A stretch of DNA of 64,000 nucleotides, from sequence record PZ402304.1. One strand, 5' to 3'. A program made the translations under genes and the position numbers. The notes beneath the pieces are model-generated. The model was not told the origin of the DNA. It ran no database searches and saw nothing but the letters and a program-made list of their open reading frames with translations. The stretch comes from a phage. Below are positions 33,394 through 43,771 of this stretch, one piece after another. Numbering within the stretch: the stretch's first letter is position 1; each line of letters opens with the position of its first letter.

Positions 33394-33759
33394 TTAGATA
33401 TCGAATTCGTTAAGAACTACATCAAAGATTGCTTCGAGATGTTCAGGTTTAGCTCGGTTACTCAGGATATGACGAATCCAAGTTTTAACCAGAAGTTTAC
33501 GATTAACACCGTTCCAGCAAGGATGAGTACCTAAATCACGTTGACGGAAATCATCATCTAATGCAATTTTGAAGTTGGAACCTTCCATCGTGATTGAAAC
33601 CGTGATGCCATTTTCAAATCGCATATAAACGTAATTAGGAGTCATATACTGCTCAATTTCGCATACTGAACCGTTATTATGCTTCCATAAGCAAATTGTA
33701 TCGATAGAACCAGCAATACCGTTAGAAACATATTTACGTTCGAAGTTGATGTAGTTCAT
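33394..33759 (-). CDS. hypothetical protein
   Basis: 121-aa ORF downstream of an early-type promoter. Confidence 0.6.
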   Translation of the reverse strand: MNYINFERKYVSNGIAGSIDTICLWKHNNGSVCEIEQYMTPNYVYMRFENGITVSITMEGSNFKIALDDDFRQRDLGTHPCWNGVNRKLLVKTWIRHILSNRAKPEHLEAIFDVVLNEFDI

Positions 33760-33790
33760 TTTATTCTCCAGATGTTTAAGTTGTTTGTTG

Positions 33791-33819
33791 GTACAGGTCT
33801 ATAGTAACACATCCTACAG
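33791..33819 (-). promoter_or_regulatory. early-type promoter (GTTTAC ... TGnTACTAT)
   Basis: minus strand GTTTAC-N17-TACTAT. Confidence 0.5.
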
Positions 33820-33862
33820 GAGAGTAAACATCTTTTTAAACTTTTTCTGCCCTAAACGCACA

Positions 33863-33888
33863 AAAGGGAGACCGAAGTCTCCCTAAAA
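33863..33888 (-). terminator. terminator hairpin
   Basis: minus strand GGGAGAC-UUCG-GUCUCCC followed by UUUUG, right after the small basic ORF stop. Confidence 0.55.
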
Positions 33889-34068
33889 TTATGCAACAAC
33901 CTTTCCAAAACGAGAAGCATCATCTCGAAGAACTGCACGTGCTCTGCGCATGATCTTCTCAACTGTTTGATTAATACGAGAGTTCGACCCACGCTTGTAT
34001 CCAGCGCGTTTAGAGGTACCATCAACTTTCTTTTCTACTGCTTTCTTTGCTTTAGCTTGTTTTGCCAT
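33889..34068 (-). CDS. small highly basic protein, function unknown
   Basis: 59 aa, Lys/Arg-rich (MAKQAKAKKAVEKK...), found manually; preceded by a 13-codon leader ORF ending TAATG. Confidence 0.4.
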   Translation of the reverse strand: MAKQAKAKKAVEKKVDGTSKRAGYKRGSNSRINQTVEKIMRRARAVLRDDASRFGKVVA

Positions 34069-34337
34069 TATAAATTCTCTTTAAATGAAAATGCAGGACT
34101 TATTGACATTGCCTGCTCAAGCCCTCAAGGGGAACATAGGTTTTGGATATTTAACGACAGGGATAACCATAAACCCGTCATCATACCGACCACGACTTAG
34201 ACAGATAACCTTTTTCTGACGCGTGATAGTACAAAATACATTCAAGAGGTACACCGTAAAATTGTCGGGGCGGTACTTCTAAAACATACCGATTCGCAAA
34301 TCGATAATCAGACAATTCGACGGCTCCTCGATTTAAC

Positions 34338-34586
34338 TTACTTCAGGGTAATAACAAAATGACGAACTGCTTTACGTGCTGCAGAAGCCAGAGGCTTAGC
34401 ATATTTCAATTCATCTTTCTGAACCAGGATATCGCGAAGATCGGCTTGTGCTGGATTCAGATGTTTGAAATACTGTAAGATTTCAAGAGCTTCGGCTTCA
34501 ACATCAATAGATGCGCCGTAATTGTCATGGCCATTATTCCATGCATGGCGTTGCAGTTCAAGAGCGTGTTGTAATTGTTTAATCAT
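34338..34586 (-). CDS. rIII: rIII lysis-inhibition accessory protein
   Basis: 82 aa, T4 rIII-like in size and sequence. Confidence 0.85.
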   Translation of the reverse strand: MIKQLQHALELQRHAWNNGHDNYGASIDVEAEALEILQYFKHLNPAQADLRDILVQKDELKYAKPLASAARKAVRHFVITLK

Positions 34587-34702
34587 TTTAAATTCTCAAT
34601 TCGAGATAATACTTAGTAGCCACGTTCTTCTGAATTTCACTTTCTTTCGACAAGTCTCTCAGTTGTAGGCTACCGCTTAGAAGAGTGTTCTCTTCATATA
34701 GT

Positions 34703-34710
34703 TATTTATA
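34703..34710 (-). promoter_or_regulatory. late promoter (TATAAATA on minus strand) upstream of rIII
   Basis: plus TATTTATA abutting the gene 31 stop. Confidence 0.45.
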
Positions 34711-35043
34711 TCACTTATAAAGACATGGAATAGCTTTATAGTGGCATGTTACGAATTTCTGTTTAATTTCTTTAGGTTGTTTAAGTCCCAAAGCCACAAA
34801 TGGATGTGGAACATTTCGAATTTGTCCAACTGGTAGTGGAGTCAAATCACCGACTTCAACAAAACCTTCAGGAACATCAGGACCTACAGAATGAACTACA
34901 CATAGTTCAGGAACTTCACCTTGAACACGTTTACCAATCACAAGTCCTGATTCGGTAACTTCTTCATCACCTGCTTGAGCTGGTTCAGAAACCAGAATGA
35001 CATATTCACCAACAGCACGAATTGGGAGTTGTACTTCAGACAT
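34711..35043 (-). CDS. 31: gp31 co-chaperonin (GroES analogue)
   Basis: 110 aa, T4 gp31-like. Confidence 0.9.
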   Translation of the reverse strand: MSEVQLPIRAVGEYVILVSEPAQAGDEEVTESGLVIGKRVQGEVPELCVVHSVGPDVPEGFVEVGDLTPLPVGQIRNVPHPFVALGLKQPKEIKQKFVTCHYKAIPCLYK

Positions 35044-35073
35044 CTTATTTCCTTGTTGTTTGACGATAGATTA

Positions 35074-35100
35074 ATAATACTATACTATTCGTAAAGCATA
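35074..35100 (-). promoter_or_regulatory. middle promoter with MotA box upstream of gene 31
   Basis: minus strand taTGCTTTA-N12-TATTAT. Confidence 0.55.
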
Positions 35101-35409
35101 TTACATAAGAAGCAAACGTTCCACCGGAGTACCATCAACCGAAATTACTTTATCAAGGCGGAAAGAACGCCACTGACCTAACTTGGTGTCGAATGCTCGA
35201 ACTGATTCACGAGGTTCATAACGAACTTCTGTTGCCGGATTGTTATTTTCATATTTGACTTCAAGTTCATCGCGCGAAGCAAACATAGTGCGTACCTCAC
35301 CGTTAGCCTTTTCAAATACAACACAATGAACGCCTACAGACAGAATAGTTTTAATACGTTCACGAAGAACCATAGTTTCTTGTTCAGTTAAAATCATATT
35401 ATTCACCAC
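35101..35409 (-). CDS. hypothetical protein (31.1-like)
   Basis: 102-aa ORF between cd and gene 31. Confidence 0.6.
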   Translation of the reverse strand: MVNNMILTEQETMVLRERIKTILSVGVHCVVFEKANGEVRTMFASRDELEVKYENNNPATEVRYEPRESVRAFDTKLGQWRSFRLDKVISVDGTPVERLLLM

Positions 35410-35980
35410 AAAAGTTTCGGATTTGTTCCCAATTCAGAGAACGAAGATTATTACGAGAGTACTGAATTACTTCAATACCGGCTTGTTTTAGAATGTCTGC
35501 CCAATTTTCAGGAGATCTGTCATATAATTCTGCGTATACAACCTTTTTAATACCTGACTGCGTAATAGCTTTAGTGCAATCAGGACACGGAGAAAGCGTC
35601 GTATATAACGTAGCACCTTCAATAGAATTACCTTTACGAGCTGCAAACAAAATTGCGTTCAATTCCGCATGGATTTCGTTATTAGCAGACCATGCACTAT
35701 GAGCGGCCCGATGTTCTTTAGCCAAAACAAAATTATCTGCCCGTCCAAATGCTGTAGTGCCTTCTTTATGACCAGCAACGATGACCGGGCTTGGTTTATT
35801 CTTCAACCAACCGTTTTCGGATGCATGTTCGCAACAGTTTGTACCACCTGAAGGAGAGCCATTATAACCTGTAGAAATAATGCGTCCATCTTTTTCAATG
35901 ACGGCACCAACTTTCCATGAACAACATTTTGATTCTTGAGAAATCAGATATGCAATCTGAAGGTATGTGCTAGCTTTCAT
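35399..35980 (-). CDS. cd: dCMP deaminase
   Basis: 193 aa; HAELNA...PCPDC zinc-binding cytidine/dCMP deaminase motifs. Confidence 0.95.
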   Translation of the reverse strand: MKASTYLQIAYLISQESKCCSWKVGAVIEKDGRIISTGYNGSPSGGTNCCEHASENGWLKNKPSPVIVAGHKEGTTAFGRADNFVLAKEHRAAHSAWSANNEIHAELNAILFAARKGNSIEGATLYTTLSPCPDCTKAITQSGIKKVVYAELYDRSPENWADILKQAGIEVIQYSRNNLRSLNWEQIRNFCGE

Positions 35981-36972
35981 TATTGAACCTTATTAATATA
36001 AGTTAACAGCTCTTTAGTTTGTTCCCAACTGATGCACGCATCGGTAATGGAAACGCCATAGGACATATTATCAGAAATTTTTTGATTTCCTTCATGTAGG
36101 AATGATTCTATCATAATTCCTTTGACCAAATCATTAGCTGCTAAATTTTTACCAATACCAATTTGATTGCTATAATACCCATCAGCGTTTGCATGGCTAC
36201 AGTCAACCATTACATAATGATTCAGACCTAATGCACTTGCTTTGTTAGAAGCTTCTTGAATATCAGAAGAATGATAGTTCGGGCCGTTAGTCCCGCCACG
36301 CAATACGATATGCGTATTCTGATTACCTTCAGCTTCAACAATGCCTACAGTACCATCGACGTCCATACCCATATACCGATGAGGCCAGGCGGCACTATAC
36401 ATCGCGTCTGTAGCTACTTTAATAGAACCATTGGTTGCGTTCTTGAAGCCTACGCACATCGGTAGACCTGAAGCAATTTCACGATGTGTCTGACTTTCAG
36501 TCGTACGGGCGCCAATAGCAACCCATGAGAAAATACCAGAAAGATACTTAATCGTGAATGGGTCTAATACTTCAGTTGCTAATGGAAGTCCCATACGTAG
36601 AAGTTTACGACACAATGTTCGTGCAACTATAAGACCGTGGTTCATATCAAAACTTCCGTCAAGATATGGATCATTTACAAGACCTTTCCAACCTACGGTA
36701 GTTCGAGGCTTTTCAAAATAAACGCGCATCACTAACAGAACATTAGGAAGACGAGTTTGAAGTTCAGCCAGACGTTTGCCATATTCAACAGCAGCAATAG
36801 GGTCATGAATTGAACAAGGACCTACAACAATAAGTTTGCGTGGGTCTTCACCGTTCATAATCGAATTAACTTGTTCGCGATGAGAAGCCACTTGTGATGC
36901 GTAAGCTTCCGACAAAGGAATAATCTCAGCCAGTTCTTTTGGAGAAATAAGTTTTCTGATGACAGGTAACAT
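35980..36972 (-). CDS. 3-deoxy-D-arabino-heptulosonate-7-phosphate (DAHP) synthase, class I (AroG/AroF-like)
   Basis: 330 aa; GPCSIHD, VMRVYFEKPRTTVGWKGL, GARTTESQ, LRGG, DCSHAN, ESFLHEGNQ, SITDAC motifs of DAHP synthases. Confidence 0.9.
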   Translation of the reverse strand: MLPVIRKLISPKELAEIIPLSEAYASQVASHREQVNSIMNGEDPRKLIVVGPCSIHDPIAAVEYGKRLAELQTRLPNVLLVMRVYFEKPRTTVGWKGLVNDPYLDGSFDMNHGLIVARTLCRKLLRMGLPLATEVLDPFTIKYLSGIFSWVAIGARTTESQTHREIASGLPMCVGFKNATNGSIKVATDAMYSAAWPHRYMGMDVDGTVGIVEAEGNQNTHIVLRGGTNGPNYHSSDIQEASNKASALGLNHYVMVDCSHANADGYYSNQIGIGKNLAANDLVKGIMIESFLHEGNQKISDNMSYGVSITDACISWEQTKELLTYINKVQ

Positions 36973-37092
36973 AACAATCCTTAGGAGATATAAACAGATT
37001 CTGATTCAACAATACCTTTAACCGGATTAGACAGGCTAAGTTGGTAGTGCTCAGATTTATGACCATTCTCGATAGTAATGAGATAACTCTCA

Positions 37093-37329
37093 TTATAGTG
37101 TTCCATATACTCGAGTTGCTTCAACAAGACCATCACTGCCTAATTTAAGATTAGTAATTTGGTCACCATCTTTAGGATTAACGATTATGAGAAAAGAACG
37201 AGGAGATTCTTGAATAACTCGTAATGTTGCATCCTGGAAACGTTCAGACACTTTATTGATGAGTGCTTGAGCGAATTCTTTTACTTTAATCTGAAATTCG
37301 TGTACTGTAATTGGATTTTCACTTAGCAT
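37093..37329 (-). CDS. hypothetical protein
   Basis: 78-aa ORF in the cd-pseT variable region, downstream of an early-type promoter. Confidence 0.5.
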   Translation of the reverse strand: MLSENPITVHEFQIKVKEFAQALINKVSERFQDATLRVIQESPRSFLIIVNPKDGDQITNLKLGSDGLVEATRVYGTL

Positions 37330-37357
37330 TTCGATTTCCTCATTTGTTGGTAGAGTT

Positions 37358-37387
37358 ATAGTATCACAACTCTACTGTGTTGTAAAC
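37358..37387 (-). promoter_or_regulatory. early-type promoter (GTTTAC ... TGnTACTAT)
   Basis: minus strand GTTTAC-N18-TACTAT. Confidence 0.5.
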
Positions 37388-37663
37388 TTAAATTGCAAAA
37401 CATTTAATTTCTTGTGAATCGAAATCAACCTCACATTGAATTACTAGATCAGCGTCAAGTCCAAACACAACAATCACATGAGCCGAGCTTGGCAACAGTG
37501 TAACAGACACAGAATCCACTTGGTCCGGCACCAGCGTATTCAAAACGTAAAGTAGTTCAGAGTGGATCTTAAGCTCGGTGGCCGTATCCGGCTTATCAAA
37601 GAAATGATTTGCGATAATCTGACTAAAAACTACCTTTACAATTTCAGAATATTTAGGGAACAT
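37388..37663 (-). CDS. hypothetical protein
   Basis: 91-aa ORF. Confidence 0.5.
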   Translation of the reverse strand: MFPKYSEIVKVVFSQIIANHFFDKPDTATELKIHSELLYVLNTLVPDQVDSVSVTLLPSSAHVIVVFGLDADLVIQCEVDFDSQEIKCFAI

Positions 37664-37670
37664 AATTACC

Positions 37671-37895
37671 TCAGTGTACAGTATTTACTTTAACTCGAAC
37701 AACAAATTGCTCGGTCGGTTCGCCTACAGGAACAAACTCTACATGATATTCGCCTTTGTAACGAGTATTCAGGTCGTTACGAATTTCGGTAAGCTTGTTG
37801 ATTAATGTAGAACTCATATTAAGTCCCACTAATTTACGAAGCATTTTGTATGCTTCATCTTCGATTTCACGATGTTTATCGTACATAGTTTTCAT
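37671..37895 (-). CDS. hypothetical protein
   Basis: 74-aa ORF. Confidence 0.5.
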   Translation of the reverse strand: MKTMYDKHREIEDEAYKMLRKLVGLNMSSTLINKLTEIRNDLNTRYKGEYHVEFVPVGEPTEQFVVRVKVNTVH

Positions 37896-38066
37896 TTAAC
37901 CATTCAATTGCCTGGTCGACGTTATCAAATATACTGCCGTCCAACCATTCTTCATGTTCATAGTCCAGCACATCAATACCGAACCGTCCATTTACTAAAG
38001 GCCATACTACAAACAAATATTCTTTATGCTGTTCGATGGCCTCAATCACTTCATATAATCGTTTCA

Positions 38067-38067
<1 letters not shown>
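37876..38067 (-). CDS. hypothetical protein
   Basis: 63-aa acidic ORF; TAATG overlap with pseT stop. Confidence 0.5.
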
Positions 38068-39153
<1,086 letters not shown>

Positions 39154-39154
<1 letters not shown>

Positions 39155-39453
39155 TATTTTATTCCTAAGAAAGTTTCAAGAATACGAATGTTATGCTCGC
39201 GCCGGTCTTTATTAATTTCAGCAACGTTTTTATTAATTGACGTACTTCTAACGTTTGAAGAAATAAATTTAATCATATGACTTTTGAGTTGTTGCAAATC
39301 CAACCCTTTTTCTTTAGCAGCTTTACGAAGAGCTTTACCTGCTTCATCTAGTGCCTTTGCAGCATCTTTGTCATAGATGTCAAGTGACGTTCCACGGCAG
39401 ATATCAATATACTCATCAGACCGTTTGATGTAATTCTCTAGTAATGTTTTCAT
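39154..39453 (-). CDS. hypothetical protein
   Basis: 99-aa ORF. Confidence 0.5.
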
Positions 39454-39510
39454 TTAGATTTCCTCAATTATCCATAGGAGCATTATACTCTGCTCCCGAG
39501 AGTTTGTAAA

Positions 39511-39735
39511 CTATTTTACTAAAGATTCGATATACTCATGAAGAGCTTTAGTTGCTACTGCCCACTTATTCTGATATTCATTTTTCAGATTAGCACGAGA
39601 CTGAACTAACAAGCGGTCGTTAGTCGGAGGCAAAGATTCTAATCGTTGAATCTGACGGCCATAAATCATAGCCGCCATTTCAGAGTCATAGATAAGTCCT
39701 TTAAGGTATTCATGCTGTTCTTTAGTCATTGGCAT
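39511..39735 (-). CDS. hypothetical protein
   Basis: 74-aa ORF. Confidence 0.5.
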   Translation of the reverse strand: MPMTKEQHEYLKGLIYDSEMAAMIYGRQIQRLESLPPTNDRLLVQSRANLKNEYQNKWAVATKALHEYIESLVK

Positions 39736-40016
39736 TTTTCCTCTTTTAAACCACTACGATAATAACATAACATAGTCTTCTGGTCATGTACATATCTTTT
39801 TACGTCGTTTAACCAGATACGAAATTCTTGAGAGTCTTCAAATGGCATTCCAACCCACGGATTACCATCAATAACCTTTACTTGCCATTTCTGGTTATAT
39901 TCAACAATAGATTCTGGCCATGGCGGATGTAAAGTTTCTTTAGGGCTTAAGGGCACATCCTGGGCACATCCGGCTAAAATGCCAATAGATAATACAACTG
40001 CGGTTAATTTAATCAT
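39726..40016 (-). CDS. putative o-spanin (outer-membrane lipoprotein)
   Basis: 96 aa; signal peptide with lipobox LAGC, Pro-rich mature region; ATGA overlap with upstream i-spanin-like gene. Confidence 0.6.
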   Translation of the reverse strand: MIKLTAVVLSIGILAGCAQDVPLSPKETLHPPWPESIVEYNQKWQVKVIDGNPWVGMPFEDSQEFRIWLNDVKRYVHDQKTMLCYYRSGLKEEKCQ

Positions 40017-40369
40017 TCTGAGAGCTTCCTGAGGTCTTCTGCAAAGGAATCGAAGGACCTGTTGATTTGTTTTTCGACCAATCCTGGTTTACTTGCCACC
40101 ACGTTCTTCTTCTTCGAATCCTTACGGAGCTTTTCATTTTCGGCCTTAAGTTGGTCAACTAAAACACGGTTCTTATAAGTCATTTCTTCGATTGACTGAT
40201 ATTGAACCTTGAAGTCGTCTAATACTTTAGCATTGTTTTTAGCTGTCTCTTTGACAGAAGCTAATTCAGTATTCAACGAATCAACTTTGTTGTTTAAGAC
40301 AACTATTGTTACCGTAGAAGCTAGAGCAAAAGCTGCTACTATAGCATAAATCGGATTTACTTTAAGCAT
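40013..40369 (-). CDS. putative i-spanin (N-terminal TMD, coiled coil)
   Basis: 118 aa; N-terminal hydrophobic helix IYAIVAAFALASTVTIVVL then charged helical region. Confidence 0.6.
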   Translation of the reverse strand: MLKVNPIYAIVAAFALASTVTIVVLNNKVDSLNTELASVKETAKNNAKVLDDFKVQYQSIEEMTYKNRVLVDQLKAENEKLRKDSKKKNVVASKPGLVEKQINRSFDSFAEDLRKLSE

Positions 40370-40857
40370 GTTTTAATAATCTCAATGATTTCATCTCGGG
40401 ATAATCCATTGATAAGAACGGTTTTCGGACCATCACACTGGATTTTGTACGATTCAAACAATACACACAACTCTTCTGCTGTATGATACGGACTTGAAAT
40501 TCCGAGGCGGTTGAATTTGTCGGTAAGAGGGTCGCAAATAATGTAGAATTTTATACCTGCGATATGTACGTTTGGTTGACTAATATTAATGAACACATTA
40601 GCGTCATATTTAGTCAAATTATTTTGAAGAAATTCTACCATGGCATTAACTGCTTCTGGCATCGCTTCACGTTTCTCTTCGGTGTAACGTGTTGAATATT
40701 CCTTTTGCTTTAACTTCTTTTTAAGATTTTTGGCCAGTGTAACACGTAGGTCAGTAAGATAGCCAACTGGACGTCCTTTCTTAAAGACTCGGATTCCATC
40801 TGTAGAATCACCAAATGCTGCCACAACCATATCATTAGTAATCAATTGCATATTCAT
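40357..40857 (-). CDS. alc: Alc-like host transcription inhibitor
   Basis: 166 aa from internal ATG with GAGGAGAAAA RBS; sits between rnlA and the spanins as in T4. Confidence 0.65.
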   Translation of the reverse strand: MNMQLITNDMVVAAFGDSTDGIRVFKKGRPVGYLTDLRVTLAKNLKKKLKQKEYSTRYTEEKREAMPEAVNAMVEFLQNNLTKYDANVFINISQPNVHIAGIKFYIICDPLTDKFNRLGISSPYHTAEELCVLFESYKIQCDGPKTVLINGLSRDEIIEIIKTCLK

Positions 40858-40887
40858 AATTTTCTCCTCGTGTTGTTGATAAAAGCC

Positions 40888-40917
40888 ATAGTAACACCTT
40901 CCTTGGTGTTTGTAAAC
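40888..40917 (-). promoter_or_regulatory. early-type promoter (GTTTAC ... TGnTACTAT)
   Basis: minus strand GTTTAC-N18-TACTAT between rnlA and alc. Confidence 0.5.
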
Positions 40918-40919
40918 CA

Positions 40920-42053
<1,134 letters not shown>

Positions 42054-42072
42054 TCAGTTAGTTTTTTTTTAA

Positions 42073-42102
42073 ATTGTACCACAATCCTTGTGGTATGTAA
42101 AC
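42073..42102 (-). promoter_or_regulatory. early-type promoter upstream of rnlA
   Basis: minus strand GTTTAC-N18-TACAAT overlapping the denA stop. Confidence 0.5.
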
Positions 42103-42512
42103 TACTTTTTCTTATGTTGGATATTCCAAGGCGGGTTGAACTTTTTGATAAAAAGTGGTTCTTCAAGGTCCATTGTTGCGATGGCCATTGAACCAAGTTC
42201 GTTAGTGACTGAAAGGTCAAAACATTGGCGGGCCCAGAATTCAACCTTTTTGCCTTGCATTAAGGCATCCAAAATCATAAGTGATTTTCTTGAATCTGAA
42301 GTCTGGTCTTTTCGATTTATGGCTGTTCGATAATAGTTAATGCGTTTCTTTAAATTCTTGGTTTTACCAATATACACAAGTTCGTCATCTATAGCAATAG
42401 CGTATATGACATTTTTCTTATTAGGGGCATCAATGGTTTTAATTGTTGCATCTTCTAATAGCTCCAATTCTATATATTTAATAAAGGAATATTCGGCGGC
42501 AATATCTTTCAT
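42102..42512 (-). CDS. denA: endonuclease II (DenA)
   Basis: 136 aa; GIY-YIG-like VYIGKTKNLKKRINYY; T4 DenA size. Confidence 0.85.
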   Translation of the reverse strand: MKDIAAEYSFIKYIELELLEDATIKTIDAPNKKNVIYAIAIDDELVYIGKTKNLKKRINYYRTAINRKDQTSDSRKSLMILDALMQGKKVEFWARQCFDLSVTNELGSMAIATMDLEEPLFIKKFNPPWNIQHKKK

Positions 42513-42538
42513 AATAAAGTGGGACCGAAGTCCCGTCC

Positions 42539-43717
42539 TTAGAAATATTTTTTGTATGAATTGATTACATTTTGGTCTACATCATTATCAATTTGTGCGA
42601 CAAGATAAGAACTGATTTCAACTTCCTGAGGAGCTGCTTGAACTAAATCAGAGTTCAGATATTCACGAATCCAAGGATATGGATGCTTGGTCGGAGCATC
42701 AGTGATTGGGCAGGGTAAACCACACTGTTTCATACGAGACACAGTCAAGTAATCAACAAAAGCACACATACTCTGCGTATTGATACCTGGACATGTACCG
42801 TCTTTAAAGAGGTGTGCAGCCCATTCCTTCTCTTGTCTATTTACTTCCATAAAAATGTCAACTGCTTCTTGTTCACATTCTTTAGCAATTTGAACCCACT
42901 CATCACCATCAGTACCAGATTGAAGTTGACGGATAATGTACTGAGTACCCTTGAGGTGGAGTTGTTCGTCACGAGCAATGAACTTCATAATCTTTGCATT
43001 ACCTTCCATAATTTCCATATTTTTATGGAAGTTGAAAGTACATGCAAATGATACGTAAAAACGAATAGCTTCTAAGGCGTTGATAACATGCAAACAGAGA
43101 TAAAGAGACTTCATTAAATCACGCTTAGCAGCGGCTTCTTGCTTAATAGCACGTTCTAATTGAAGGTCTGCATTAATTGACGCTTTGGCTAGTTCCGTGA
43201 ATTCTTTCTGGTTTTCCCAATGGCGAGTCTTGACTAGAACATCATCGTAATATTTACCTATTGATTCAGCTCGTTTCATGATTGCTTCGTCTAATACAAT
43301 CTCATCAAATACCTTAGATGGATCGGTATAAAGATTTCGCATAATATGAGTATACGAACGAGAGTGAATAGTTTCACTGAATGTCCATGTTGCAACCCAC
43401 GTATCTAATGAAGGGTCAGAAATCAGTGCCATAAGTACCGCAGATGGGGCCCTGCCTTGGATAGAATCTAATAATGATTGATATTTAAGATTGTTTGTAA
43501 AGATGTCCTGTTGGAACTGAGGAAGCTTATTGAACTGCGCAGAGTCCAACATCAAGTTTACCTCTTCAGGACGCCAGAAAAACGACAATTGCTTTTCAAT
43601 AAGTTCTTCGAAAACTTTATGACGCTGAATATCATACCGTGCGAGGCCAAGACCAGAACCAAAGAACATCGGTTCATTCAAAACATCGACTTGTTGCGTG
43701 TTAAAAACTGTACTCAT
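42539..43717 (-). CDS. nrdB: ribonucleotide reductase small subunit, uninterrupted
   Basis: 392 aa continuous ORF with diiron ligand motifs; no intron. Confidence 0.95.
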   Translation of the reverse strand: MSTVFNTQQVDVLNEPMFFGSGLGLARYDIQRHKVFEELIEKQLSFFWRPEEVNLMLDSAQFNKLPQFQQDIFTNNLKYQSLLDSIQGRAPSAVLMALISDPSLDTWVATWTFSETIHSRSYTHIMRNLYTDPSKVFDEIVLDEAIMKRAESIGKYYDDVLVKTRHWENQKEFTELAKASINADLQLERAIKQEAAAKRDLMKSLYLCLHVINALEAIRFYVSFACTFNFHKNMEIMEGNAKIMKFIARDEQLHLKGTQYIIRQLQSGTDGDEWVQIAKECEQEAVDIFMEVNRQEKEWAAHLFKDGTCPGINTQSMCAFVDYLTVSRMKQCGLPCPITDAPTKHPYPWIREYLNSDLVQAAPQEVEISSYLVAQIDNDVDQNVINSYKKYF

Positions 43718-43771
43718 TATATTTTCTCACTTAGTTATAACTCATCCATGAGTAAATTATAATCAAAAGTC

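Noticed and set aside
36973-37092. 46-codon minus-strand ORF in the intergenic region upstream of the DAHP synthase gene
   Set aside because: No convincing RBS, different frame, and overlap with the DAHP synthase start; likely non-coding leader.
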